From an uncultured Candidatus Sumerlaeota bacterium (GTDB taxonomy: Bacteria; Sumerlaeota; Sumerlaeia; MVZB01; JAJFLK01), in contig CAYXAU010000013.1 in NCBI GenBank assembly GCA_964463045.1, forward strand, positions 2,188-66,187: a stretch of DNA of 64,000 bases, in the 5' to 3' direction. The notes under the pieces are model-generated. The model did no database searches. It was not told where the DNA came from and worked only from the letters and a program-made list of their open reading frames with translations. A program made the translations under genes and the position numbers. Below are positions 28,201 to 38,062 of this stretch, piece after piece; the first letter of the stretch is position 1, and every line of letters begins with the position of its first letter.

Positions 28201-28879
28201 TTTCACAGTGACGGGCAAGATCGACCGCAAGGACGCGATGGCGGAGGCGGGCGCGGCGCCGGGGGCGCTCGTTCTTTACGATTACAAATCCGGCGGGCGC
28301 GATCTCTCCGCGACCGATTTGTATTACGGGATCGATCTGCAATTGGCCGCCTACGCCTTGGCCGAGACGCGGCGCGTCTCGAGGCCGGTGCTCGGCGTCT
28401 TCTATTGGCCCGTGGGCGTCAGGCTGATCCGCGCCGACGGGTCGAGCTGGCCGGAGCCGGGGACTCGCCCATGGTTTGACAATTATAAGCTCAAGGGCTT
28501 GTTCGACGTGACGATCGCCCGGGACCTGGACACTGAGATTCTCCCAAACGGCGAGAATGCCCTGGCCTTCAGCTTCAGGCTCAAAAAGGATGGCGGGGTC
28601 GATTTCCGGAGTTTCGGACCCTTGCCCGAGGGGAGCTTCGGGCGCTATCTGAGCCACGTCGAACAGTTGATGCGGGAGCGCGCGCGCCGGATCGCCGACG
28701 GCGAGATCAACTTGCATCCATGGCGGCGCGGCGGCGGGACGGCGTGCGATCAGTGCGCTTATGAGGCGCTCTGCCGGAAGTCGACGTTCGAAGGGGACGT
28801 GTTCCATACCGAAGCCGGACTCGATCGCAGTGAGTTCCGCCGGCGATTCGCCGCCGGGGGAGGCTCCGATGACCAGTAA
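25211..28879 (+). CDS. addB: ATP-dependent helicase/nuclease subunit B (AddB/RexB)
   Basis: N-terminal GRAGSGKT, LILLVPEQ, WVDGF..F; C-terminal ACPFKFF...GKIDRKD..YDYKSG...CDQCAYEALC nuclease with four Cys. Confidence 0.88.
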   Translation: MPSPKIEFWLGRAGSGKTQACVEAIAGELRRAPRGTPLILLVPEQASAQMEYALATPPGVAGFTRARVMSFRLLQAEVFRRVGGRPARCLDERGRVMLLRQAIARCRSRLWLLGGRSAGPGLAEAVSRTLRELQESGWGLREFRARLEAQAGGDDPGGGGFAKLSDLLTIWAAYDDLLGEKGLAEAIELPSVAAERLAEWGGVADAQVWVDGFASFTAAEFKLLMALLGGARSAALTLCLDPEDQTFRRRQSGAATPAEGLVRVGPERVFEEIENHYFHLKARIQQAGWPTVDISFPRRSHPTRAAHVTPLSFLEAEVLTRLNPSRFPDADRPEGAAPVWPVGPIELVEAADRRAEVEAIARRIAALVAASAEPGSRPLRWSDMAVVARDLTEYGPLVREVFPRFGIPFFLDQGRSLASHPITRLLTAALALVEGPTRTETVSRYLKSGLVPLADPEDAARLERLARRRRLTGSDWGNLRRWVGPRHGQPGPSTKEEVEAEWLFQVWAEAWAPVEALGAALAALEAGDGPTQADGAPGGAAEAGSSPARALWAFLERLGARQKLEQWVDEALQAGEPEAALLHQEAWAELVAFLERLEELGLPGPVPAAGAGSDSTGAVPSAEGLVATLTEALAGALSAARARLIPPAVEQVIVASVERSRLPNVRVAFVLGLAEGEFPRTQEEDPLLSDTEREALGTAQQTLGRHRTARLNHERYLAYIALTRPSERLVLTRPMADSGGRLNPPSPVFRAVAEAFPMAPRGTPLPSAANLAPVLPEEWGRMVVEASHRARAGMSPAVIGQALAGPHPLCAALEGPAADAARRRIERTIAALDWPPRGNLERELARAFWSERPRLAVTALETHAACPFKFFASNMLRLEEPAEPLPGPLEMGQVRHRLLAALFAKLKGAEGLDWGGVDLAEADKAIDEAAAEIRADLLGGSLGADALTQKLVEFVIAEMRVLLPALKEVGRRSRLRQVEAEGPLAGSLVLDAGEGLAFTVTGKIDRKDAMAEAGAAPGALVLYDYKSGGRDLSATDLYYGIDLQLAAYALAETRRVSRPVLGVFYWPVGVRLIRADGSSWPEPGTRPWFDNYKLKGLFDVTIARDLDTEILPNGENALAFSFRLKKDGGVDFRSFGPLPEGSFGRYLSHVEQLMRERARRIADGEINLHPWRRGGGTACDQCAYEALCRKSTFEGDVFHTEAGLDRSEFRRRFAAGGGSDDQ

Positions 28880-31800
28880 CGTAGAGACGGTCGCTCCCGC
28901 CGCGGGCTCGGATTGGATCTGGACCGTGGAACAGCGTCAGGCCATCGAGGACTGGGCCAACGCGCTGATCGTCACGGCCGGGGCGGGCTCCGGCAAAACG
29001 GCCGTCCTGACCGAGCGGGTTTTCGAGCTCATCACGAAGCCCGATCCCTCGACCGGAGCGCCGGTCGGCCTGGAGCGGCTCCTGGTCGTCACGTTCACCC
29101 GCAAGGCCGCCGGGGAGATGCGCGATCGGATCGAGCGGCGGCTGCTCAAGGCCCTGGCGGCCGATCCGACCGATCGGGCCGCGCGCGCCGCGCTCGAGGC
29201 CCTTCCGGAGGCTTGCATCCTGACGTTGGACGCCTTCTGCGACCGTTTCGTCCGGCGCCATTTTCATGAGGCGGAGGTTTCCCCCGCCGCGCGTGTGGCC
29301 GAAGCGGACGAAGAAGCCGAACTGGTCGGTCAGACCCTCGATCGCCTTTTCGAGGAGCTGGCTGCGCGGGCCGACGATGACGGCCGCGCCATGGCGTTGC
29401 TGATAGCGACCACCTCCCCCTCACGTGGAGGCGCGTTGCAAACCCTGCGTGAACGGATCCAGACGATCCGCGGCTTTATGCAGTCGCTGGAAACTCCGGA
29501 GAACTGGCTGGCGAGCGTCCGCGACCGGTTCGCCGGGACGCTCCACGATCCGGGCCGCCTCCAATCGGAGTCCGCTAAACGTTTTCGCCGTTCATTCCAT
29601 CAGGCCACCGGGGAGCTACGGGATTTGTTCCAGGTCGTGCTGGCCGAGGCGCGGCTTCGTCGGGCGGACGGCGGGACGCTTGAGCAATGGGCGAGCGCGG
29701 GCGACTGGTTGGACCGGCTGATCGCGCGACTGAGCGGCGACGAGCCCATCGAGGCTATCGTTAAGGACGGGATCGGCGAGGTCGAGCGGCAGCCGGCCGC
29801 CACGCTGGAATCGCTGGGCGACAAGAAAACCTGTGGACCCGCCCTCGCTCAAGACGAGAGCTTCCGCAAGCATACGTTGGAGGCGTTTTCGAAACGGTTC
29901 ACCGCGTGGAGGGGGCGCTGGTTCGCGCTCAATCCGGACCACTGGGGAGAAATTTCAGCCCTGGCCGCCGACCAGGCCCTTGCCCTTTTGCGTCTGGTGG
30001 AATTGGCCGATGAGCGGGTCGAGGCGCTCAAACGGCGGCGGGGCCTCCTCACATTCGCCGATCTGGAACGGGGTACGCTTCGGGCGCTGACGGACCCGGC
30101 GACGTCCGGCCCTTCGGCGCTGGCGCGGGAGTATCAGAGGCGTTTCCACAGCGTGCTGGTGGACGAATACCAGGACATTTCGCCCTTGCAGGACGCCCTC
30201 ATCCGGCGCCTTTCACGCTCCGAGGGCCGCCCCCCCGAAACACCGCGCAACCTGTTCGTCGTCGGGGACCTCAAGCAGAGCATCTATCGGTTCCGCCGGG
30301 CTGAGCCGCGACGGTTCCTCAAAGCGCTTGAGGCGGCCGCGCCCGAGCCGAGCCCGCCGGACGGACGTCGCCGGGTCAGCCTGACGGCTAATTTCCGCTC
30401 GCGCCCCGGCCTGATCGATTTCGTCAACGCCGTCTTCGAGACGCTCATGGACCAGACGCTCGGCGGCTTGAGCTACGACGCCGAAGCGCGGCTCGTCGCG
30501 ACCCGGACCGATTCGCCCGATGACGATCCGATCTGCGTCGAGCTCGTGCCCCTTCCAACCGCCGCTCAAGGCGGGACAAAACGGAAAGAGAGGGCCGCCG
30601 AATCCGACGAGGACGACACGAACCCGGGAATGCAATCCGAAGCGCTCAGCGGGCTTGAGCGAGAGGCCCGATGGATCGCCCGTCGGATCGTCGAGCTGAC
30701 CTCGGCCGAGGGAGGCCTCTGGCTCCCGGACGAAGGCAAGGGCCGGCGACGCGCTCGGCCGGGCGATTGCGCGATCCTGGTCCGCAAAATGGCCGGCGAC
30801 GCGCCGACGTGGATCGCCGAACTCGAGCGCGCCGGCCTGGCCGTCCAGACGCCGGATCAGCCGTCGTTTCTGGCCGAGCCGGAAGTGGTCGATGTCCTCA
30901 ACGCCCTCCGCGTCGCCGATCAGCCGTTCGATGATTTGACGCTCGCCGGCGTCCTCCGGTCGCCGATGGCGGGTCTAAGCGACGATGACCTGCTGCGCCT
31001 CCGGAGGCTCCGGCGGGAAGGGCCGTTCCATGAGGCCGTTTGGGCCGCGCGGCCGGGCGAGCCCGGGGCGGCCTGCCTCCCCCCTGCCCTTGAGACGAAG
31101 CTCAAGGCGTTCTTCACGAATCTGGCCTTCTGGCGACGGGAGGCTGAACGGGGGGGACCTGAGGCGGCTTTGGAGGCGATCCTCAGCTCGACGGAGTATG
31201 AAGCCCACGTGGCGGGGACGCGACAGGCGAGCGAGCGGCTCGGTCATCTGGCGCAGCTCCGGCAGTTAGTCCGCCGCTTCGCCGCCCAGGGGCTGGGCGA
31301 GGACGTGGCGGCGTCTCTGCGCGGAATCGAGGCCCTGGAGGCGGGTTCGCTCCAGGGGAGCGTGGAGGGCTTGGCCGACCGGGCGGACGCCGTGCACCTG
31401 CTGACGATCCACAAAAGCAAAGGGCTTGAATTCCCGATCGTCTTCCTTCCCCGATTGGGCTCTCCGCTGGAGGCCGGCGAGTACCGCAATCCCGATCTGA
31501 TCCTGGAGGCGGAGGGGGGCATGGCCCTGGTGGCCGGGGATCCCTCCCGACGGCTGGTGTTCGTCGGGCCGGAGCTGACGGCCGCTCGCGAGCGGGAACA
31601 CCGCGCCCGCCGTGAAGAGCACATCCGATTGCTCTACGTCGGGATGACGCGCGCCCGGGAGCGTCTGATCCTGAGCGGCCTCGATCCGCCGCGGAGCCAT
31701 CGGCCGAGTTCCGGGCCCTCCACCGCCGCCGAAGACAAGCCCACGTTGCCGCTCGAGCGACTGGCCGCGGGGAGTTATGTCGAACTGCTCCGGCCGGCGC

Positions 31801-32810
31801 TCGTTCGCCTAGCGACCTCGACCCCGCCGCCGTGGCTTCACGTTCACCCTCCGCCGGCCGCCCTCCCCTCCCCGGCGGCCGCGGACGTGGGATGGTATCA
31901 GCGGGCGCTACGGGTTTCGGCCGATGAAGCTCAGGCGGCTTGGGAAGCCGCGCGGGTCGAGTTGGGCCGTCTTGAGGGGTCGGCGGTCTCGGAGGCGCCG
32001 CCGCCGGTCATTCTCCCGATCGCCGAGCCCGGGGTTCTGGCGCGGCTCCCGCTCAAGCTTACCGTGACGCAATTGACCCGAATGCGGACCGAAGGGGATC
32101 GGGACGTTCCGGGCGAAGGGGACCCGGACGAGGCGGCGCGCTTCGACGAGGAAGGGATGGCCCCAAGCGGCGCCCTCGCGCGGCTCCTCCAGGGAGGTCC
32201 CGCTTTTGCGCGGCCGGCGGGCGGGCCGGCGGTCGATGGCCGCCGGCGCGGGCGTCTGACGCATCAGCTTCTGGAGCATCTCGATCTGAGTCGGGCGCTG
32301 GACGAAGCCGATCTGCGGCTCCAGGCTGAGGAGCTGCGCCGTCGCGGCCTGCTTGAAGCCGAGGGGATCGGGGAGCTGGACAGTCTGCCTTACGGCGCGA
32401 TCGCCCGGTTTTTCGATCGCCCGCTCGGGCGGCGGCTGCGCCGGCGGCCCGGCTCGGTCCTGCGGGAGCTGCCGTTTACGCGGTGGGTCCCCGCCTCGCA
32501 ATTGCCGCGGGGGATGGTCGGGCCGGCTGACGATCTCGGCCCGGAGATGACGACCCCCATCCTGTTGCAAGGGACCATCGATTGCGTGCTGGACGAAGGC
32601 GAGCGGGTGCTGGTGCTGGACTATAAGACGGACCCCGTAAGCGGGCCCGAGGCGGTGACTCGGTTGACGCAACGCTATGGGCCGCAGATCACGGCCTATC
32701 AGCGGGCGCTGCAGACGGTCTGGCGCGTGCCCGAACCGGAGGCTTATCTGGTCTTTCTCGATTCGGGCGATGAGGTCCGGATCGGCGTGACGGACTCCTC
32801 GGCGAGCTGA
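28869..32810 (+). CDS. addA: ATP-dependent helicase/nuclease subunit A (AddA/RexA)
   Basis: AGAGSGKT, VTFTRKAA.EM, VDEYQD, VGD.KQSIYRFR, NFRSR, TIHKSKGLEF, YVGMTRA, C-terminal QGTIDC..DYKTD. Confidence 0.92.
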   Translation: MTSNVETVAPAAGSDWIWTVEQRQAIEDWANALIVTAGAGSGKTAVLTERVFELITKPDPSTGAPVGLERLLVVTFTRKAAGEMRDRIERRLLKALAADPTDRAARAALEALPEACILTLDAFCDRFVRRHFHEAEVSPAARVAEADEEAELVGQTLDRLFEELAARADDDGRAMALLIATTSPSRGGALQTLRERIQTIRGFMQSLETPENWLASVRDRFAGTLHDPGRLQSESAKRFRRSFHQATGELRDLFQVVLAEARLRRADGGTLEQWASAGDWLDRLIARLSGDEPIEAIVKDGIGEVERQPAATLESLGDKKTCGPALAQDESFRKHTLEAFSKRFTAWRGRWFALNPDHWGEISALAADQALALLRLVELADERVEALKRRRGLLTFADLERGTLRALTDPATSGPSALAREYQRRFHSVLVDEYQDISPLQDALIRRLSRSEGRPPETPRNLFVVGDLKQSIYRFRRAEPRRFLKALEAAAPEPSPPDGRRRVSLTANFRSRPGLIDFVNAVFETLMDQTLGGLSYDAEARLVATRTDSPDDDPICVELVPLPTAAQGGTKRKERAAESDEDDTNPGMQSEALSGLEREARWIARRIVELTSAEGGLWLPDEGKGRRRARPGDCAILVRKMAGDAPTWIAELERAGLAVQTPDQPSFLAEPEVVDVLNALRVADQPFDDLTLAGVLRSPMAGLSDDDLLRLRRLRREGPFHEAVWAARPGEPGAACLPPALETKLKAFFTNLAFWRREAERGGPEAALEAILSSTEYEAHVAGTRQASERLGHLAQLRQLVRRFAAQGLGEDVAASLRGIEALEAGSLQGSVEGLADRADAVHLLTIHKSKGLEFPIVFLPRLGSPLEAGEYRNPDLILEAEGGMALVAGDPSRRLVFVGPELTAAREREHRARREEHIRLLYVGMTRARERLILSGLDPPRSHRPSSGPSTAAEDKPTLPLERLAAGSYVELLRPALVRLATSTPPPWLHVHPPPAALPSPAAADVGWYQRALRVSADEAQAAWEAARVELGRLEGSAVSEAPPPVILPIAEPGVLARLPLKLTVTQLTRMRTEGDRDVPGEGDPDEAARFDEEGMAPSGALARLLQGGPAFARPAGGPAVDGRRRGRLTHQLLEHLDLSRALDEADLRLQAEELRRRGLLEAEGIGELDSLPYGAIARFFDRPLGRRLRRRPGSVLRELPFTRWVPASQLPRGMVGPADDLGPEMTTPILLQGTIDCVLDEGERVLVLDYKTDPVSGPEAVTRLTQRYGPQITAYQRALQTVWRVPEPEAYLVFLDSGDEVRIGVTDSSAS

Positions 32811-32829
32811 AGGGTTCCGAGAAAGTTGG

Positions 32830-32975
32830 AAGTTATAATTTGAACCACCAAGAGACGAAGACACCAAGATGATTCAGGGCTGAGCGGCGAAGAGCGTACA
32901 TCTCAAATGCTCAAAGGCTTATAGACCAAGCCGGCGGCTTCCGCGCGTTCGTGCCCTGGGGGTGAATTATAACTT
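32830..32975. repeat. Palindromic intergenic element, family A, with perfect 11-bp terminal inverted repeat
   Basis: AAGTTATAATT (32830-32840) and AATTATAACTT (32965-32975); inner arms AACCACCAAGAGACGAA / TTCGTGCCCTGGGGGTG. Confidence 0.75.
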
Positions 32976-33003
32976 TTGTAACTTCACAAGGTATCGCCCG
33001 ATT

Positions 33004-34560
33004 TCACGGCGTCGGCCGCGCGGGAAGGCCGGCCAGAAAAGCCTCGGCGACGGGACGACCGGCCTCGACCATCGCGCTCAATTCACGCCCCAGCGGGGCC
33101 ACCGCGTCCAGATAGGGGCGGGGGTAGAGGCCGATCCAGAAGGCCAAGGCGACCAGGACGCCGAGGGCGAACGTCTCGCGCGGGTTGAGATCGCGCAGGC
33201 CGGCGTTCTCGGCCGTCTCCAGCGGGCCGAAGAAGACCTGTTGCGCCAGACGCAGGAGATAAACGGCGGCCAGAATCACGCCGACGGCGCCGATGGCCGC
33301 CCGCCAGGGGGCGCTCTTGAAGGTCCCGACGAGAATCAGGAACTCCCCCACAAAGCCGTTGAGCCCCGGCAGGCCGATCGAGGAGAGAATCAGGATCAAC
33401 GTCAGCGTGGCGTAAAGCTTCATGTTGCGGGCGAGGCCGCCGAAATCGCTCATCCGGCGCGTGTGGCGCCGCTCATACAACACGCCGACGCAGAAAAAAA
33501 GCCCTCCCGTCGAAAGCCCGTGATTGACCATCTGAAGGGCCGCCCCGGCCACGGCCTCCTCCCGGAAGGCGAAAAGCCCCAGGACGACGAAACCCATGTG
33601 ACTGACCGAAGAGTAAGCAACCAGGCGTTTGACATCCTCTTGAGCCAGCGCCGTGAGGGCGCCGTAGATGATCGCGGCGGCCCCGACGGTCATCATCCAC
33701 GGGGCGGCTTCGGCGGCCACCGACGGGAAGAAGGGAATGGCGAAACGCATCAGGCCGTAGACGCCGGTTTTGAGGAGGACGCCGGCCAGCAGGATCGACC
33801 CGGCGGTGGGGGCCTCCGTGTGCGCGTCGGGCAGCCAGGTGTGGAACGGGACGAGCGGGATCTTGATGGCGAAGGCGATCAGGAAGGCGGCGAAGATGAG
33901 CCGTTGAACCTCCGCCGGCAGCCGATCGCTCACGGCGGCCAGCTCCGGCAGCGCGAAGGAGCCGCCGACCATCAACGGCCGGGCGTGAAAGTAAAGCGCC
34001 AGGATGCCGATCAGCATCAGGACGGAACCGGCCATCGTGTAGAGGAAAAACTTAAGCGTGGCGTAGACGCGCCGACCGGAGCCGAAAATGCCGATCAGGA
34101 AATAAAGGGGGACGAGCATCAGCTCCCAGAAGATGTAAAAGAGGAAAAGATCGAGGGCGAGAAACGTCCCGACCATGCCGGTCTGAAGGAGCATCAGAAG
34201 GGCGTAGAACTCGCGCCGCCGTTCGACGACGGCGCTCCAGGAGGCCAGCACGCCCAGGATCGTCAGCAGATTCGTCAACGTCACCAGGAGCCCCGACAGG
34301 CCGTCCATCGCGAGGAAAAAGCGGATTCCCCAGCCGGGAATCCAGACGCGGCTCAACCCGGCCGTGAATTCCCCGGGCGCGGCCAACGCCCGGGGCAACA
34401 GGCCCACGGCGACGACGAACGTCGCCACCGAGCCGGCGAGCGCATACCAGCGGGAAAGCCCGCCCGTCCGCGGGGGCTGAACCCAGGCGATCAGCATCGC
34501 CGTCGCCAGCGGCAGGAAGACGAGCAGCAGCAATTCAGCGGCGTGAGCTTCGGTCACCAT
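33004..34560 (-). CDS. nuoM: NADH-quinone oxidoreductase subunit M
   Basis: FYIFWELMLVP, FAIKIPLVPFHTWLPDAHTEAPT, AYSSVSHMG, LPGLNGFVGEF. Confidence 0.95.
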   Translation of the reverse strand: MVTEAHAAELLLLVFLPLATAMLIAWVQPPRTGGLSRWYALAGSVATFVVAVGLLPRALAAPGEFTAGLSRVWIPGWGIRFFLAMDGLSGLLVTLTNLLTILGVLASWSAVVERRREFYALLMLLQTGMVGTFLALDLFLFYIFWELMLVPLYFLIGIFGSGRRVYATLKFFLYTMAGSVLMLIGILALYFHARPLMVGGSFALPELAAVSDRLPAEVQRLIFAAFLIAFAIKIPLVPFHTWLPDAHTEAPTAGSILLAGVLLKTGVYGLMRFAIPFFPSVAAEAAPWMMTVGAAAIIYGALTALAQEDVKRLVAYSSVSHMGFVVLGLFAFREEAVAGAALQMVNHGLSTGGLFFCVGVLYERRHTRRMSDFGGLARNMKLYATLTLILILSSIGLPGLNGFVGEFLILVGTFKSAPWRAAIGAVGVILAAVYLLRLAQQVFFGPLETAENAGLRDLNPRETFALGVLVALAFWIGLYPRPYLDAVAPLGRELSAMVEAGRPVAEAFLAGLPARPTP

Positions 34561-36530
34561 AGCCAGACGGCCAGCAGCAGAAGATTGACGCCGATCAGCG
34601 TCAGGAGGGCATAGGCCTGAACCTGGCCCATCTGAACGTGACGCACGGCGCGCGAGGCCTCGCGGGTCAGCCGCGAGATGAGATGGAGCGTCCCGTCGAT
34701 CAACGCCGCGTCGATCCAGACGGCCAGGCGGGCGATCTGGCGCGTTCCGGCGCCGATCAGCGCGTTATAAGCGTCGTCCCACCACCACCCGGCGCGGCTG
34801 ATCTGAGAAAAAAGGGACCAACGCGTGGCTAGACGGTCGGCCGCGTCGGGCCAGCCCCGCAACGCGTACCGATAGGCCAGGAAAAGGCCGAGCAGGGCCA
34901 GCAGCACCGACAGGGCCGTCAAGGCGAGCTCGGCGGTCTCGCCGAAGACGGGCGCCGGGCCGACGGTCTCGGCCCGCAGGCGTTCGGCTTCTTCGAGGAC
35001 GGGCCGGAGAAAATGCTCAAATTGCGCCCCTTCGCCGAGGCCCAGCCGATGAGCCAGCGCGCGCGGGACGTTGAGCAGGCCCGCCGTCAGCGAACCGACC
35101 GCCAGGGCCGTCATCGCCACGGACATCGTCCAGTGAGGGGCGTGCAGATGTTCACGGCGCGGAGGAGGCAGACGGGTCGCGCCATGAAAGGCGAGGAACA
35201 GCGCCCGAAAGCCATAGGCCGCCGTCATCACGGCCGTGGCGGCCCCCAGCAGATAGAGGATCGGGACCCCGAGGGGGCGCAGCGCCGCCGGACTCTCGGC
35301 GAAACTGCGCCAGAGGATTTCGTCCTTGGAGAAGAACCCGGCCGCCGGCGGCAGGCCGGCCAACGCCAACGTCGCCAGGCCGAAGGCCACCCAGGTCAGC
35401 CTCAGGCGCCGCCGCAGGCCGCCCAAGAGAAACAGGTCCTGGAGGCCGCCGGCGGCGTGGATGACGGCGCCGGCGGCCAGAAACAGACAGGCCTTGAAGA
35501 AGGCGTGGGTGAGGACGTGGAAAACGCCGGCGGCGAAGGCGCCGACTCCACAGGCCAGGAACATGTAGCCCAGTTGGCTGATCGTCGAGTAGGCCAGCAC
35601 CTTCTTGATGTCGCGCTGCGTGAGGGCGATCGTGGCGGCCACGAAGGCCGTGGCGGCGCCCAGGAGCGCGATGACGAGCATGGCCCCGGGCGCCAGCGCC
35701 AACAACGGCGCCAGCCGAGCCAACAGATAGACGCCCGCGGTGACCATCGTGGCGGCGTGGATGAGGGCGCTGACGGGGGTGGGGCCGGCCATGGCGTCCG
35801 GCAGCCAGACGAAGAGCGGAATCTGGGCGGACTTGCCCGCGCAGCCGAGCATGAGGGCCAGGGCGATCAGCGTGGCCGACGTCGCGTCCTCCCCCAGCCG
35901 GCCCGGGGCTCGGTCCAGAATTTCGGGGATCGCCAGCGTCCCCAGGCGTTCATGCAGGAGGAACATGGCCACCAGGAAGCCAAAGTCCCCCACCCGGTTG
36001 ACCACGAAGGCTTTCTTGCCGGCCGAGGCCGAGCCCGGCAGATCCAGGTAATAACCGATGAGGAGATAAGAGCACAGACCGACGGCTTCCCAACCGACGA
36101 ACAGAAGCGGCAGGCTGTCGGCCAGGACTAGGATCAGCATCGAGAAAACGAACAAGGAGAGGAAGGCGAAGAAGCGCGAGAAGCCGGGATCGCCGCGCAT
36201 GTAACCGATCGAGTAAAGGAAGATGAGCGAGCCGACCAGCGTGATGACGAGCGTCATCACGGCCGTCAGGCGGTCGAACTGAAACCCCAGGCTCACCCGC
36301 AGGGAGCCGACCCGAACCCATTCCCACAGGGGGACGGCCACGGGTTCGTCAAGGCCGGCGCGGCCCGTCCAGGCGGCGACGAAAAGAATGAGGGCGAGCG
36401 CGGCGGCGATCCCCAGGGCGAAGACGGCGAGCCACCCGCCGATTTCCTTCAGCCATCGCCCGAACAGACCGTTGGCCAGAAAAGCCGCCAGAGGCAGCAC
36501 GGGGAGAGTCCAGACGAGCAGTTCGATCAT
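34554..36530 (-). CDS. nuoL: NADH-quinone oxidoreductase subunit L
   Basis: FVGWEAVG, NRVGDFG, GKSAQIPL.VWLPDAMAGPTPVSALIHAATMV, AYSTISQLG. Confidence 0.95.
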   Translation of the reverse strand: MIELLVWTLPVLPLAAFLANGLFGRWLKEIGGWLAVFALGIAAALALILFVAAWTGRAGLDEPVAVPLWEWVRVGSLRVSLGFQFDRLTAVMTLVITLVGSLIFLYSIGYMRGDPGFSRFFAFLSLFVFSMLILVLADSLPLLFVGWEAVGLCSYLLIGYYLDLPGSASAGKKAFVVNRVGDFGFLVAMFLLHERLGTLAIPEILDRAPGRLGEDATSATLIALALMLGCAGKSAQIPLFVWLPDAMAGPTPVSALIHAATMVTAGVYLLARLAPLLALAPGAMLVIALLGAATAFVAATIALTQRDIKKVLAYSTISQLGYMFLACGVGAFAAGVFHVLTHAFFKACLFLAAGAVIHAAGGLQDLFLLGGLRRRLRLTWVAFGLATLALAGLPPAAGFFSKDEILWRSFAESPAALRPLGVPILYLLGAATAVMTAAYGFRALFLAFHGATRLPPPRREHLHAPHWTMSVAMTALAVGSLTAGLLNVPRALAHRLGLGEGAQFEHFLRPVLEEAERLRAETVGPAPVFGETAELALTALSVLLALLGLFLAYRYALRGWPDAADRLATRWSLFSQISRAGWWWDDAYNALIGAGTRQIARLAVWIDAALIDGTLHLISRLTREASRAVRHVQMGQVQAYALLTLIGVNLLLLAVWLW

Positions 36531-36552
36531 GGCGTTCGGCGCCCGGGGGCGC

Positions 36553-38034
36553 TCAGAGCACGATCATCATCGGGAAGAGCGCAAAGGCGAGGACCCCGGC
36601 CGAGCAGAGGATCAGGGCCACGGCGTTGCCCCCCTCCAAGGCCACGGGCTCGGCGCGAACCGCCGGCGCTTCCTCCATGTACATTTTGACGATCACCTTC
36701 AGGTAGTAGTAGGCCGAGGCCACCGAGGCCAGCACGCCGAAACAGGCCAGCGCGTAAAGCTCGGCGTCGACGGCGACCGAGAACAGGTAAAACTTCCCCA
36801 CGAAGCCGACCGTCGGAGGAACGCCGGTCAGCGACAAGAGCGCCAGGGCGAGGGCCGCGGCCAGGGCCGGCGAGCGGCGGGCCAGCCCGGCGTAGCGGTC
36901 CAGATGGCTCTCCCCCTGCGGGCCGAGCGTGGCGGCGACGCCGAAGGCCAGCGCCGTCATCAACCCATAGGCCAGGACGTAATAGGTGACGGCGCGTTCG
37001 GCCGCCACCCAGTGCGCCGGTTCCCGCGCCGCCGCCCAGAGCGGGATCAGGACGTAGCCGCCGTGAGCGACGCCGGAGTAAGCCAGCAGGCGCTTGACGT
37101 GCGTCTGGACGACGGCGCCGACGTTGCCGACGACGATGCTGGCGACGGTCAGAAGGCCGATGGCGACGACGAAGCCGTCGGGCAGATCGGCCCAGGCCAC
37201 CAGCGGGCGGAAGAGATTCAGAAGGGCGGCCAGCGTCGCCACCTTGGAGCCGGTGGCCAGGAAGCCGACGACGGTCGTCGGGGCTCCGGCGTAGACGTCG
37301 GGGGCGTACATGTGGAACGGGGCGAGCGTCAGCTTGAAGCCGAAGCCGACGAGCATGAGGCTCAAACCGGCGCCCAGAAAAAAGCCGTGACGCAAGAGGC
37401 CGGGCAGCGCGCCCGCCTCCAGGTGGGCGTGGATCTCGCTCAGGCGGGTGGTGCCGAGCGCCCCATAGACCATGCTGATCCCGAACAGGAGAAACGCCGA
37501 GGCGTAGGCGCCGGTGAGGAAGTATTTGAAGGCGGCCTCGGTCGAGCGGAGGTTATCCCGCTCGAGGCCGGCCAGGACGTAAAAGCAGATGGCGACGAAC
37601 TCGAGGTTCAAGAACAGGGTCAGCAGCTCGTGGGAAGCCGCCAGGAGCATCATGGCCGCCGCGGCCAGGGTCATGAGGGCGTAATACTCGGCCGGCGGCA
37701 GCGCCCGCCCTTCCAGATACGACGGCGAGATGAGAATGAAGAACAAGGCCAGCCCCAGAATCACGTTCTGACCCAGGAAGACGACGCCGTCCCAGCGGAG
37801 GCACCCGTAGAGAATCAATCGCGGCGTCTCGCCGGGGGCGCCGACCCCGTAAAGGAGCGTCCCCCAGGCCAGCGTCAGGCCGAAGGCCGCCACGCCCCGC
37901 GAGGCCGGCCCCGCCCGCCCGGGCCGGATCAGCTCGATGACCAGGAGCGCGAGCGCCGTCGCCAGAACCAGCCCCGCCGGGCCGAGCGGCCGAAAGTCCT
38001 CGGGAAGGGGGAGAGCCAGAGGGGCATCAGGCAT
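36553..38034 (-). CDS. nuoN: NADH-quinone oxidoreductase subunit N
   Basis: TEAAFKYF, GFGFKL..APFHMYAPDVY.GAP, KRLLAYSGVAHGG, GFVGKFY. Confidence 0.93.
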   Translation of the reverse strand: MPDAPLALPLPEDFRPLGPAGLVLATALALLVIELIRPGRAGPASRGVAAFGLTLAWGTLLYGVGAPGETPRLILYGCLRWDGVVFLGQNVILGLALFFILISPSYLEGRALPPAEYYALMTLAAAAMMLLAASHELLTLFLNLEFVAICFYVLAGLERDNLRSTEAAFKYFLTGAYASAFLLFGISMVYGALGTTRLSEIHAHLEAGALPGLLRHGFFLGAGLSLMLVGFGFKLTLAPFHMYAPDVYAGAPTTVVGFLATGSKVATLAALLNLFRPLVAWADLPDGFVVAIGLLTVASIVVGNVGAVVQTHVKRLLAYSGVAHGGYVLIPLWAAAREPAHWVAAERAVTYYVLAYGLMTALAFGVAATLGPQGESHLDRYAGLARRSPALAAALALALLSLTGVPPTVGFVGKFYLFSVAVDAELYALACFGVLASVASAYYYLKVIVKMYMEEAPAVRAEPVALEGGNAVALILCSAGVLAFALFPMMIVL

Positions 38035-38062
38035 CAGGGGGATCCGTCGCCGACGGCGCGGC

